Source: Zancudomyces culisetae HAW-14-8
Lineage: Eukaryota; Fungi; Kickxellomycota
Length of the DNA: 64,000 bases
Reading direction: 5' to 3'
Assembly (NCBI GenBank): GCA_052426225.1
Contig: JBNJNM010000014.1
Location: 434,001 to 498,000 of the forward strand
A program made the position numbers and the translations under genes. This document shows, piece by piece, positions 1-13,360 of the stretch (within the stretch, counting starts at the first letter, position 1; every line of letters starts with the position of its first letter). The notes beneath the pieces were generated by a model. That model had not been told where the DNA came from. It saw only the letters and a program-made list of their open reading frames with translations, and did no database searches.

Positions 1-669
1 CCACCATACCACTACGAACCGGCTGCATTTCCTGCATCAAGTATTGCTCATATTGTCCCTCGATGAAATCAACTACTGGAACCCAGCAGTTTCTGTTGTC
101 AACAAAGTCTCCAAACCCTGGCGTATCAACAACATTGAGCTTAACTTTGAAACCTTTTTCTTCCAAATCTATGCAAGTAATTTGCGGGTAGTATATTAGC
201 TCTGATACTTTTTTTAAGGTCATTTGCTCTTTTATTATAATAGGATTGTAAGGACGAATTATATACACACTCTACCTGCTTTTCTTATGTTTATGTTTAC
301 AGTTTTATCCAATTGCTTTTGGCGACAGAGCTGCTCATCCATTGGCGACTTGATCTCGGTTGTAAATAGGGTGTTGATAAATGTCGTCTTTCCTGTGCCT
401 GACTCACCTATTGCGTTTAAGTTTTTATAACAAATCTATAAATATATCGGCAGGGATAAACTCCCATTGATGGGTAAAGAGTTACAGCCTGATGTAAAAA
501 CATGAGACAGTATATTCACAAAATATAACGTACCGAAGACCAAGACAGTTAAACACACTCCCTTTTTGGTCACCAACTTTTTTAGCTGGTTTGGGAGTGT
601 ATCGATACCTAGCAGCGACCCTCCGCTGGTCTCTTTTAACGAGGATGCAGCAGTAGCTTCGAATAACAT
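1..669 (-). CDS. CDC12: Septin, Cdc12/AspC-like (5' part; gene continues beyond left window edge)
   Basis: Exons 669-534, 407-276 and 168-1 with GT..AG introns give GIDTLPNQLKKLVTKKG..VFGESGTGKTTFINTLF..KQLDKTV..ADLEEKGFKVKLNVVDTPGFGDFVDN. This has the septin G1 (GxxxxGKT) and G3 (DTPG) motifs and Cdc12-type flanks. Confidence 0.85.
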
Positions 670-1873
670 TTTTTTCTCCTAACTTTTTTTTTTGTTTAAG
701 GCAGAAAATAGTGCCAAACCTGGTAATAAACAGTAAGCTTTCCTTTGTGAAAAGTGTGAAATATTTAAACCACAGTGAAAGAAAAAAGAAGTTCAACTTT
801 AAAGTCGTTGTATCTCTAAAACTGGACGCATTCGGATATATAAATTAGTTTAGAAACCCAGATGTTGGCCTTTCTCGAAATTTTCTTGAACTGTTCCTAT
901 TATCTAAAAATACAACAAATCACTTTTTGCTATTCACGTATGCTTTGTATGTTCCTCTGATCCGGTATTTAACGAATAGATCCTCCTCCTCCTCCCCCCC
1001 CCCCACTCCACACATACAGACAGACAATCCTGTTAACTCTAAATACTCACAAATATTAATATCTTTTCTCCAGATTTGTGTATGCTATTGTTTTTTTTTT
1101 TTTGGTATTTACTTTATAAATCTCTGCCAGCATAAAATCTTAACCCCAAAAATATTTTTTCTTGCTACTTGATGGTTTATTTAACTTTTTGCACTGTGCT
1201 AACCATTGTGTCTAGTTTATGCTACAAAAAAAACGTATATGCCTAGTAATATTTTGATTATATGTCTCGATAGCATATAGCCAACAGGTTTAAAACAAAG
1301 GACTGGGTGACGTGAATTGTAAATCAGTTACTCGGTTCAAGTCTAGCAATTCTGAAGTACCTGCCCTTGGTCACTACACTCACCTTGTTTTCTGTATTAT
1401 TATGTCCGAATAATAGGCTAAGTCAGGTTTTTAGTTCAGATAGCATTTTCCCGTGTATATCTTTTTTTAAAAAAATGAATAAGGCAGGTGTTCTTGAAAA
1501 TAAAGTGCTATCTATTAGCATGTATCAACATATTCAACGCATCATTATTCGGGAATGTACATAAACAAATTCTAGAGTAAGGTATATGCCATTACCACTA
1601 TAATTAAATCGAGTCTTCCACATTCTTCCTTTTGCTCTTTCAATCTCGCTTTTTTTTTGTTGTCAACAAAAGTGCACATTTATTTTTGCAAATTTTTTTG
1701 CTGTTTAGAATAATACCTGATGATAGTGCATACTACCACGTTAATCATTATCTTCCTTCCTTCCCCATGGAAATTCTTTTCTAATGATGATGTTTATTTG
1801 ACTAAAAAATACTCCAAAATAGACAAACTCAAACATTAGTGTCAAAACACAAAAATTGAACCAAGCAGTCAAA

Positions 1874-3112
1874 CTATAAAAAAAATGGGAGCCCATCCGT
1901 ATTTATCATATGATAATCCGACAAAGGATCCTTTCTGCTAAAATTATGAATATTTATAGGAAAATTCAAAGCATGTGAACCGAATGCATTGGTGGGGCCA
2001 AGCCTATTGTCGCAGTTTGGAAATACCATGGCCCCCAGTTTTGAATCTCGAATGGTTGGTGTGCTTGGGGATGCTTGAGTGGCAATATTTTCTAGTTTTA
2101 CAGGTGTAAATAATGACGACGATGACAATGATGTGTCTGCACAACTATCATTATCAATAAAAGTGGTATCCAACAAGTTGAGAGATGTACAATAATCATG
2201 AGAAAAACTGGGCTGCTGGCTACAAAGACCACTATTATTTTCTATTTCTATGGTGCCATGTGATATACCTCCAAGTACGCTCTCCAAGTATTGAGTATGA
2301 AAGATATTATTGTACACCTCAAGTATTGGAGTTGTGTCTTGAAGTCCTACAGATTCCACATGAGAAATCCTACTGTCCGGGGTATCTGTGCTTTTTTTTA
2401 CGGATGTCTTTTTTTCTGAGGCTTTGGTACTGACTCTTTTTGTATTCTTGGTTTTGATATTTCTTGTATTAGTCGGAGAGTTTCCGGAAAGACCATTGAA
2501 CCTTCGCATCTCCTTAATGTTTTTGGTATAAATATCCTTGTATTTAGCTCTAACACTAGGGCGCTCATTGCGCCATAGCTGACCACACATTTTAGAAATT
2601 GCAGTTTGGTTTAAAGTTGGATTTTCTCTTGCCAGTTCCCTCAACTTATCACTTCTATAAAGCAAAAAGCTGTTACAAGCCCTCGAGCTACTCTTGCTCT
2701 TTTTGCTTGTTGTAATTTTATTCAAGTCGGCATAAACTCTACGAATACAGTATCGTATTATCTCTCCCTCTTCACCATCAAAGTTGTCCAGGCTAGCAAT
2801 CTCAGAACCAGTGTGGTATAAATAGGGTTTCTTTGATGCCACTGTGTTGCTGTTAGTCTCAATCCTATGTACTGCGCCAGAAGCTGTTTTTACTTCAATA
2901 GACTTTATTGTTATTTCATTCTTGTTTACGTTGAATATCAGATCCCCCAAGCTTGGCACTTCTGAATATCCAGAATCATCTTTTGGTAATATCGGAATAC
3001 TTGATACGGTGTTGAAGCTCTTATCTGATATATTTTCGCTGGCCAGTAGTCCGCTAAATGGATTCTCAACCGAATTTACTAATAAACTTTTGTTTTCTAC
3101 TGCTTTTTTCAT
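1874..3112 (-). CDS. HMG-box transcription factor, MATA_HMG/SOX-like sequence-specific class, 412 aa, intronless
   Basis: HMG box RACNSFLLYRSDK..ENPTLNQTAISKMCGQLWRNERPSVRAKY at about 2500-2690, followed by a S/T-rich low-complexity C-terminus. Confidence 0.85.
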   Translation of the reverse strand: MKKAVENKSLLVNSVENPFSGLLASENISDKSFNTVSSIPILPKDDSGYSEVPSLGDLIFNVNKNEITIKSIEVKTASGAVHRIETNSNTVASKKPYLYHTGSEIASLDNFDGEEGEIIRYCIRRVYADLNKITTSKKSKSSSRACNSFLLYRSDKLRELARENPTLNQTAISKMCGQLWRNERPSVRAKYKDIYTKNIKEMRRFNGLSGNSPTNTRNIKTKNTKRVSTKASEKKTSVKKSTDTPDSRISHVESVGLQDTTPILEVYNNIFHTQYLESVLGGISHGTIEIENNSGLCSQQPSFSHDYCTSLNLLDTTFIDNDSCADTSLSSSSLFTPVKLENIATQASPSTPTIRDSKLGAMVFPNCDNRLGPTNAFGSHALNFPINIHNFSRKDPLSDYHMINTDGLPFFL

Positions 3113-6100
3113 TTTATAACTACTTCTTATTCAATGCTCTTTGACGCTTTTTGTTTTTATTTTATGCGGCCTGCCACTAGAGTAATTTTGTGTGATATCT
3201 ATCTTAGAAATAAATATAAATTGTTTAAGCTCAACACTTTTTTTTCTTAATGTAGTGTATATTTAGAAACAGAAAAGACTATTTCCTACTAATATTATTG
3301 ACATGAGATATATATTTGGCGATGGTAATAATAGAGCAACAGAGATAACCAAGCGTTTATATATCATCTCCAGGTGACTGAATGACATAACATAGTGCAA
3401 TCGTCGTATATCATGACCGAATGCATGATATTCTTATTTTACTGGGTTAGCGATGGCTAATAAATGGCGCATGTTATTTCTTTATCTTTCTCTTTCTCTT
3501 TACGGTAAGGATCGAAAGTCTTGATGTTTTCTGATCATTACTAATTACGTCTGGTTACATATCAACATCAAACAAAATCACAAATCAATATTGCCAAATT
3601 TAGAAAACAGAGTTGGAAAGAGAAAACCCGAGGTAGAAATACCACGCAGATAAAGACATTTATTGGCTGTTCAAGGAGAGGCAAAGAGTTTCGAATTTTC
3701 ACTCCCCACCCGGCCTTGCAACTTCCTAGCTCATCTTTCCGCAAAAGAGGAGGAAAAAGTGTATGCTTGATTAAATGGGTTTATTTTTCCTTTGAAGAAT
3801 ATAAAAGCACATGGATTACACTTCGTGATATCAGTCAAGTATATTGTCAGTTAGTGTTGGTTAGTGACGATTTTGGTGCGAGTCTTCGCAGTTACCTTTT
3901 GAGTTTTAAGTATTTTTCTTATTGCTTCCTTTGATACGCTAATTTGCACCAATATTACAAACTTTTTGAGTAAACAAATTAACCCACCCTCTAATTGGTA
4001 ATGATACCAAAAAAAACAGGGATTAATATTGATGCACAAAAAGGGGACTGATATTTAGCACCAAAAAAATGTGTCGTGTCCGATTTGCGTAGTATCCGGA
4101 ATTCATCTGCAACTGAAACAACTGGAAAAGGATGCGTGTGTTAACTCGCCTGAATCAAGCTGTAAAAAGCCTCTTTTCGCTGTATCTAATCTATATCATT
4201 TTAGTTTTTGCTTATAAACAAGAAACATCTCAACTCTTTTTCTGCAAAAAAATAAAATATCAGACGAATAAACCATACTATTTGATATAAAAGTTCTTTC
4301 AGAACTGGCGGGGTTTCTGAAATTATATGGCAATTTATAATATTTTCATTTTATGGTCAAGCCTTTGTTACAATGCACTATCAATCCCTTTATTTTGATA
4401 CCAATTTAATGACTGCTGTTTGTTAGGACAAAGAAGTTTTTTTTGTTGTTGTTGATGGTTTTGGTATATGATATGATTTCAGAATTTAAAATTGATGGTC
4501 AACCCCCAAAAAGAGATATATAATTGTTGGTATTAGCTGTAATCACAAGAGCTGCGATCTTAGCAATATTCTTTCCACTAAGAAAAAAAAAACATCAAAT
4601 ATTACCTGCCTTAATTGGTATAACGTTATATGAACCCAATTAATGGCTATTGGTGCTTTGTAATGTGATGAGTTATTTGACGCTAATAACCTGGATCAAC
4701 CATATTCGATTAACCTCTATATTCAAAAATAACAACCCTCCTCCCCTCCCCTCCCCTCCAACAACAAGAAATGTTAAGATTAGTAGATCCTAATAAGATG
4801 ATAGCACAAAATATAGAAAACAATTTGCACGTATACCATTTTGTTGGATTCTAGAAACAGTTTCATGTTCATTATAAAATAAAGAACTAGACTAGTGTAT
4901 TAAAAAAAAGGATGTCTAGCCTACTGCAGCTCACGAAACTATTCACTAATTACTATTCTCATCACATCTGTAAAAAAAAAACCAGCTTGGATGTTAATTC
5001 GTTGTGTGAAAAGTTCGTTGTTAGTGTAGGGAAAAAATTGCCACCATTTGGCCTATATTAGTTTTGAGAGTCAAAAAGAGCCATTCCATTCTAGGTTATT
5101 CCACAAGGTTCATCATCCATAAAATAATAAGTACATGTTTTGTTTTGAAAGGAGGATAAACCATATACATAGGTAAGGGCATGGCGTTATAAGATTTTCT
5201 TGCTTGGTTATAAGGAATGTTCGTCGTTGACTCACAAATTGTTGAGTCCTAGATATCAGTACCAATTGAAGTAAAGATACCGAATAAGAGTAAAGAGTTT
5301 TAAATCAAGGGAAAGAGGAGTTGGGTTTAACTTTTGATTCAATATAATATCAAAAAATCAATGGTGGGTTTTGCGATTGCTAAAGAGTATACCAATATCG
5401 AAGCTATGTATACCATCGTGGTGGACCAAATATTTTGGACACACGAAAGGGTATGTCTAAACTTGTGGTGTTGTGCTACTCTTGAAAGGTGATATTTGGA
5501 TTCTACCACAATCAATGTCTAGTAATATACTCAATGTATACTTTTTCCCTTTAGACTTCTGTATACTGAAGCTCGCGAAGGTATATTAAAATGCAACACC
5601 AACATCTCCAGTATTGGCGTCAGTATGGTGGTGTAAATTCAAGTACATATAAATCGATAAAAAAATGAGACGGTTATAAAGAAAAAAGTTAATAAAAACG
5701 CAGAAGAATAAATCGGGTTGTTTGGGAAAGATATAAAATCTTCCAAAGGCAGGCGGTAAAATCGGCTATTATTGTGGGTAATGAGTAAATAGAAAGATAC
5801 GCAGCACGAAATTAGAGGCCAGCTCACTAAAATTAAACAAGGTTGCCAAACCAAATTGCGGAAAATATAGTCACAAAATAAAGACTATGCTTTGTGAGCC
5901 CATAGAGATTGAAAAAAATACTGGAAGTGGAAGTTTGGGTTTAGGTTTGGGTTGAGTCTATTTATGAAAAAAGGATATAACTTAACCAATATGGAAAGCA
6001 CCAAACCGAAATTACTGAGGATTTTATGGATTTCTAATGAGAAATATAAACATAGCCCATAAGATTGTAAAACAAAAAAATCGAAAAAATATAATGTCTT

Positions 6101-7032
6101 GAGACAGAATTGAGGTAGTCTAGTATGGATAGAGAGGGGTAGAGGTGTGAGGCATAGGTCATATAAACAAACAAAGAAAAAAATCAAAATAAAGATTTCA
6201 AATTCTCCATAAATTGACACCAACTTTATTGGCAAATCGAAATAATGCTGATTGAAATAACGGATTGTAAAGAAGAGAAAATTTTTTTTTAAAAGCCAGT
6301 AGTTTCCATACAGACAATACAAATCAAGAAATGATGTGCTTATACCTTAAAATTCATTCCTTTTTTCGCTTGCTGGAAAACTGGCAGAAATCATATCTAA
6401 ATAGTCAGAACTAAAGGGATTTATAAATTATGTATATTTAAGCTAAGCAGCAAATTAGAGAAGGGGTTTTTCAAAAATGAAAAAAAATAATTAAAGATTC
6501 AAGCAAAAATGTTTAAAAAAATAAGAAAATGAGTGTCAAAAAAGTAAATATGGAACAATTACCACTTTTACGAGAAGGAAAAAAAGTGCGCTAAAAGAAT
6601 ATGCGAATAAGGGGTGCTAAAAATAAACCAGTTTGCGAATAGAAGCGAAAAAAAAACAAAAAAAATAAAAAAGAAAAAGAAAAAAATCTGAGTAAAAAAA
6701 GGGCAGAAATTGGGTATTTACAAGAGAATAAAAAGTATTTTATTTATTTATTTATATTTTTCATTGTTATTGAAGTAACAAAAGGCACAAGATCCAGAAT
6801 TTCCAAGTAAGTCTAGAAAACCATGTAGGCGATGAATGATCTGGAAGATGAAAACACATTAAAGGGATTTGTGATCGCGGATGAAAGAGATGAAAACATT
6901 CCAACGAAATAATAGCCATCAACATTTAAATGTTTCGGGCGAGATTACAAAGCAAAAGATCTAAACAAAGTAAATGATAAATGATAAAAATAGGGGGAAA
7001 AGGTACATATTGAGCTTAGAAGAAAAGAAAAA

Positions 7033-7817
7033 ATGAGCACAGAAGCGACTGTCACCGAAGTTAAAGACCTTGAACAAAAGGTATTTGTAGGAAATTTGTC
7101 ATTCACCACAACAGATGACATGTTGACAAAGGCTTTTGAAGAAACCGGAAAGGTGTAAGTATAAATACAAGTATAGATATAAACATATGAGTCAAAAAAA
7201 TAAAGGAAGAGGAAGAAAACTAATACTGGAATCTTGGAAATAGCAAGGAGGCAAGAGTAGTCACCAGAGGCACCCGCTCAGCAGGATATGGTTTCGTAGT
7301 TTTTGAAGAAGGTGTAAATGTCGACTCAGCGATCGAGTCACTTAACAAGATGACTCTAGATGGCCGCGAAATCAACGTTGAGGCAGCTAAGCCAATGGAG
7401 GAAAGAAAGAAGACACAAACCAGAAGCCCCAGAAGCGATCAACGAAGAGGACGTGGAAGAGGCAGAGGTAGAGGCAGAGGTGCAAGAAGCGGACCAGGTG
7501 GCAGACCCTCAAAGGAGGAGGGAGAGGAAGAGGCAGAACCACGTGTTCCATCTGATGTAACAGTGTTTGTGGCCAACCTTCCATTCAGCATGAGAGACGA
7601 AGGGCTCAAGGAATTGTTCAATGAGTTCAAGGTGACAGAGGCCAGAGTGGCTGTCAAGAAGTCGTACAACGGAAACGTGCGTTCCAAGGGCTTTGGGTTC
7701 GTGACATTCGAGAGCCATGAGGAGCAAGAAAAGGCTCTTGAGAAGTATAACGAGGAGAATCCATTGAAGATTGAAGATCGTGATGTTACCATTAAGGCTG
7801 CTTTGAGTGTTTCATGA
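7033..7817 (+). CDS. RNA/ssDNA-binding protein with two RRMs and an RG/RGG linker (Sbp1/Tcg1-like), 231 aa
   Basis: Exon 1 is 7033-7154 (KVFVGNL, RNP2). Intron GTAAGT..TAG is 7155-7243. Exon 2 is 7244-7817 with AGYGFV (RNP1), RGRGRGRGRG, VFVANLPF and KGFGFVTF. Confidence 0.88.
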
Positions 7818-7880
7818 TTAGCTGGTCGTTTTTTTTTGTTTATTAATTAATATATCATTAATAAAGTGGTAATAAAAAAA

Positions 7881-10800
7881 TCAAGAAAAGAGTCTTTCAA
7901 TAAGGTTAGCTAATGTGAGTCTATGGTAAAATTCCAGGTGATCAATAAACCTGGTTGCAATCGGATGGTCTTGGAACCTCTTGAAGAGAGCGGTTGTCTT
8001 ATATTTGACAAAAAAGTTTGGGTGATACAGACCGTGTATTAACGGGGTTAGTCCGCCAGTGGCTGTCGTAGCGGTAGAAGTATGATTGTTTGGGGAGTTT
8101 GAATTTGGGCTGGAGGTGAGAGGAAAGTAGGAAATAAGCGCTGTGACATGTTCAGGCAAAACTATATGTTTATGCAGCAGATTGATGATGATTTCAAATT
8201 CTTTAGCACCAATGTTTTCGGCATTGACAGCGGAATTTCCTTTGCTTGCTTTTTTATTAATGTTACTGCCATTGCCATTGCCATTGCTGTTCACGTTAGC
8301 ATGGCTGTTATTAGTAGTATTGCCATTCATATCTCTGTCGATATTACTACCACTGGTGTGACTATGACTACCAGATATCAAAGGAAGGTTGGAGTTTGAC
8401 AGAAAATGCAACCTATTCGACAAAAACAACAAATCCAAATCACTCAACTGACATGCAATGTCATTATTTGGTCCGTTTTGATTGGCTGATGCGTTTGCCG
8501 AAATCAAATACAGATATAAGCTAGAATTTAAAAAGCCTTCCAAACGGCCTTTGTTGAGCGGTAGCTCTCGCGACCGAATAAATGAGATGTCATAACGGAG
8601 GATGTAATTATCAATGTATTCTTTTAGACCATTATTCTGCCGGTAAAGTGACGGCAAAATAGCCTCGGATTGGGTTAAATTCAAATGTGTTTCGTATTGG
8701 TAAAGACCAGCAAGGAGAATGAAGCTACTGACATACTGCTCAAATTTTCTCCGAATTGCCATTTCGCCACAATGACGTTCAATGCTGAGATACAGATCAT
8801 TGATAAAGTCAGAGTCGTACCCATAAGTTTGGGTAGATGAGGAAGAAAATAGAGATGCAGAAGTTAAAGAGAACAGGTTCGTAGAGTCTTTTGGAGGCGG
8901 GTGCGGTTGAGAAAGGGGGGTTGATGCACTGATGCCCTGGAGGTACACCAGTTTGTCTATACTTTTTAACGGTGTGTGATTTTGAGAAGGAGAAGCGCTC
9001 GTATGATCATAGCCAGAATAATGGCTGTTGCCAAAATAATCGGCGCCAGCTATGAGAAACCGCTTTGGCTTCAACTTTTTGAAATTGTCATCTTTTTTGC
9101 CTTTGCTGTTTGATGTTAGATATGAAGAAATTTTGATTTTTCCAGTATTGATATTACACAAAATGTCCCACCATTTTTCTTTGACTTCAAATGTTGGGTT
9201 GGTTACACCAGCAATGTACCCAGGAACCTTCAATAGCTTGTCGATGTTGGATAGATTGGTGTATGGAAAGGTTCGATGCTTAAAACTGCCTCGCAAAAAC
9301 CGACCACCGCCTCCGCTTGCCATGACTACGGCTGCCAGTACATATTCACCTACTTCTCCCGCAGGCATATTATGGCCTAAAAAAACAATTCGTTTTTCGG
9401 TCAACAGAGCGTTCATCAGAACCATAATTGGATTGGTCAAATAATTGCTTCCAAATTTGGCATTCACATCTAGGTGTTCATGATTAGTCTTGATTCCCAC
9501 AACATTATTGCTACTATTATTACTATTACTATTATTGCTGTTACTAACACCACTATTGATGCTTGCACCACCCCCAACAAATGTATTGCTGCTACTATTA
9601 CTGGTGAACATATTACTGCCAGCTACCGCCGGTGTAAGAGTAAAACTACCAACACCTGATCCACTAAGCGTGCCGATTGTACTACTACTATAGCTGCTGT
9701 TATTACCATTACTTGCTTGTGCCATTCCTCCAAAGTTGCTCAGTAGCTTTATTACTGAACACTCACCTATTTCCTCAGGATACATCGTCTGTTCAATTCG
9801 CACAGGCAGATTTACGCCTTGATATTTAATTCTTGTTTCGTAATACCGTAAATCCTCCTCTTCTTCTTCTTCCTCCTCCCCGGCACTATCACTACTGTCT
9901 TCAGTAAACTCGTCGCTATTATCGCCACCACTGTATTGATCACTATCTTTATTATTGCTAATTGCACTGCTTCCACTGTTGTCATTATCACTAACGTCGC
10001 TAATAAATTCACCTGTCTCTCCTCTATCTCTTCCTGTACGTCTCCATCCATTCGTCCCCGCTATACTCCTATCAATTGTGCCTCTCCGTCCAATCACTGC
10101 TTCATACATATCGCTTTCATTCCCATTCCCATTTCCATTCCCAACTCCAACTCCAACTCCAACTCCAACTCCAACTCCATTTCCAAGCCCATCATTTCCT
10201 TTTTCTATATTCCTTATTTCATTCATCTGCTGATGCATGGAAATGCATTCTTCTATCACAACCGGATCATTACAATACCGCAAAATGCTTTTTTCATATA
10301 TACTAAGCTTTACCCTCTTGTTTTTTGGATTTTGTGTCATTACCCCTTCTCTCAAATCCATCGCGTTAATCGATTCATACAATTCTTTCAATGTGGATAT
10401 TTCTGGCTTTCGATAGTAGCTTTCCAAGCCCAACAACAATGCAGGCTTGTAAATGTGAATATACTGATGTCGTGTACATATCGCCATCGCTTTAACTACC
10501 GCCCCCCGTCTAACGCCGGCATCTTGTTTTGTTCGTACCAGATTTAAGCCATACAACACCTCATCCTCCTCCCCGTCGTTTTCCTCCCCTATCTGTTCTA
10601 TAGTTGTAACTCGTTGCAAATGCTTTTCCAATTCTAGCTGATCACCTGTCTTTTGGTTCAAGTAAAATATAGTCCAGTCGTTTTCACGTGCATGTGTACC
10701 TTCAGGCAACATAAATTCAGCCAGCATTCTATTGAAGTGTTATACCACATTGTTTCACTTATTACTACATTTTAAAATAAAATAAACATAAAAACAAACT

Positions 10801-10944
10801 AAACAAGACAAAAAAGGAATCGATATTTATACATTGTACGACTTACGCTTCATTTGCTCCTGTTTCCTTTGGGTACTGGTGCCGCAAAACCGAACCTCGA
10901 TCAATATCGAATTCAGCAACCAGCACATACTCTACGTTTGGCAT
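7881..10944 (-). CDS. AFI1/MesA-like polarity protein (Afi1 N-terminal + SPA/DENN-like domain), about 981 aa
   Basis: Exon 1 is 10944-10847 (MPNVEYVLVAEFDIDRGSVLRHQYP), then a GTAAGT..TAG intron, then exon 2 10728-7881. Motifs: LAEFMLPEGTHARENDWTIF, VRRGAVVKAMAI, NALLTEKRIVFLGH, FPYTNLS, GYIAGVTNPTF, WWDILCNI. Confidence 0.85.
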
Positions 10945-12479
10945 TTTGTTGTGAATCCCCTCCTATACCTTCATTTATCTTGCAGCTTTGCTTTTGATAT
11001 TATAACGCACTGTAAATGTCTAATGATATTAGAGTCGATTAAATTTCATTCAATTGCCTCCTACTTTTCTTTTTTTCTTCTTTTTTTTTCTTTTTTTTAA
11101 CTGCCAGTTTGAATGTATCCAAGGTATTGTAAACCAGCTTACATAATATGGAAATAATAATAGTAAAGAACAAAAAGTACTACTATTTTGTGGCTAATTT
11201 TGATAAAAAAAAGTTTATTTGACAGATAATAATTTGACTGATTTGGCGGGAATTAAAACTTGAATTATTGATAAAATACATCAGGAATTGCGTAAATTGA
11301 CATTATTAGTATCTGCAATTTTTGTTTCTTTAAATATCAAAGTTATAAATTAGACAACAAGCTCAAGTACAAATACCCACCCTCCCCTCATCACATCTCA
11401 CTATTACACTTTTCCTCTAATGAAAAAGCAAGAGAAGAAAAAGAAAAAAGAAAAGAAAAGGCACAATACATCCATTTTAGATTAATGCGTGTCTCCTAAT
11501 ACGTCCACCCCCGTATAGATTGAGTGCTATTGTTGATCAGTTCGGAAAATGCTGTAACCGCATAACTCCTAAGACCAACCCACAAAATAACTTTCCAAGG
11601 TGTGGCATCATTCGTTTTGAAACCTTTCTTTCCATTGCTACCTTTATTAAAATTAACAATTGGTTGACAATATTGCTAGGGAATGTCTTGAAGAAAGTTT
11701 GCACCTTGTTATTTTTCAAAATGGCATGTAATTAAAAAGGCGAAAATTAGAAATTAGAAATTAGAAAAACGAAAATGGAAAATAAATCAAATACGGCAAT
11801 TTATTTATTCTCTCTCAAATTATTATGTTATACATATTGGTCAATTATAAACTGACAACTCGCAGTGCCTGGTAAGATCGGAATATTTAAGAAAAAGTTG
11901 GATCATGATGATCTATTTGAACTTGGAAAACTGAAAAATAACATTTTCTCTGAAAACAAATCTTACTTACTCTTGTACAATCCCTTTCACACCACCACAT
12001 TTCGTATTATTAATTTTGCTTAAACTCTTTTTCTTCTTCAATACGTGTGGGATAAACGGGAGATGAAGCTGTAATATTGATACTTTTGGGTCTAATATGG
12101 TGCTTTTGAAATAAAAACAAGTCCACTATTCGCTTGACAAATAGGTTAATGTAGTTAAAAACAAACGTCCTTCTGGTCATACCTTCCAAATGGTGATATA
12201 ATCGTGTATTGGGGTTCGTGTGGTATGTACACAGATACTTTTTTTGCTCTGAAAAACAAGCACCAAGCATCTCTTGGCTCATCAAGTATAGTTTTATCTG
12301 TATCGCAAACTTTGGATAAATCTCGTTTGAATAGCAAGAAAAAATTTTTGCACACTAATTTTGATCCATTTGCTTTTTTTTTCTTGCCAATTAATTTTTT
12401 ATTTTTATTTTTTTAGTAAAAAGTAATTTTCACTTTAAAACTAGATCAGCCAAATTTAAAAAGTTAGGAGAAAAAAAAA

Positions 12480-13253
12480 ATGGACGAAAATACAGAGTTT
12501 GGAGATCTTTTTGCACTGCCTCAAGATTACGATTCGGATAAAGAATCCTCGGTAGATACCACAAAAACTACCCGCTTTACCACTTCACGTAATCAATGGG
12601 CAATTGATATTGTGACATTAGCTAAAAAGCATTCGCTATGGGGTCATGAAATTTGGAATGCCAGCAAGGTTTTGGCCGACTACCTTGAAGATCACAACAA
12701 AGATGAGGACAACAACGAACAGGCACTGATACGTAACAAGAGTGTGCTGGAATTTGGTGCTGGTGGAGCATTACCATCCCTACTCTGTGCAAAACTCGGA
12801 GCAAAAAAAGTGGTGGTGACAGATTATCCAGATATTAAGCTTATCAACTGCATCAAAAAATCGGTTGAAATAAACAACAGTGGAAACGTTGTGGATGTCA
12901 CGGGATATCTCTGGGGCAGAGACAGTCAGGAATTGACAAGCCTAAATGGTGGTGAGCAATTTGATGTAGTTATTCTGTCGGATTTGGTATTTAACCACTC
13001 AGAGCACAAAAAGCTTTTGGCTAGCTGCAAGCAAGTGTTGAAAAAAGGAACAGGAGTAGCATTGGTATTTTTTACGCATCATCGTCCGTGGCTTGTAGAT
13101 AAGGACATGGATTTTTTCAAAGTTGCAGAAAGCGAAGAGTTTGGATTTACAGTAGAAGAAGTAGCAAGCGAGTATGTGGGCCCAATGTTTAAGGAGGATC
13201 CAGGAGATGAAACAATGAGGGGAACAGTACATGGATACACACTAAGGCATTAA
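12480..13253 (+). CDS. NNT1: Protein N-terminal/lysine methyltransferase Efm7/Nnt1 (methyltransferase family 16)
   Basis: HSLWGHEIWNAS, VLEFGAGGALPSL (SAM motif I), VVVTDYPD, ILSDLVFNHSEH, FFTHHRP, MFKEDPGD. Confidence 0.88.
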   Translation: MDENTEFGDLFALPQDYDSDKESSVDTTKTTRFTTSRNQWAIDIVTLAKKHSLWGHEIWNASKVLADYLEDHNKDEDNNEQALIRNKSVLEFGAGGALPSLLCAKLGAKKVVVTDYPDIKLINCIKKSVEINNSGNVVDVTGYLWGRDSQELTSLNGGEQFDVVILSDLVFNHSEHKKLLASCKQVLKKGTGVALVFFTHHRPWLVDKDMDFFKVAESEEFGFTVEEVASEYVGPMFKEDPGDETMRGTVHGYTLRH

Positions 13254-13360
13254 GACAAAAGAGAACTTTAAACAGTAGTTTAGTAAAGTTGGTTAATGGT
13301 TAATTTATTAGTATAGCGTAATATAAGATGTAATATATAAAGGAAGAAAAACAAAAGGAA

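Noticed and set aside
11480-12370. Several 50-90 codon ORFs and a C-box/D-box-like stretch (ATGATGA..CTGA, about 11905-11953)
   Set aside because: No consistent spliced model or motif. The box spacing is too short and no rRNA guide was recognised.
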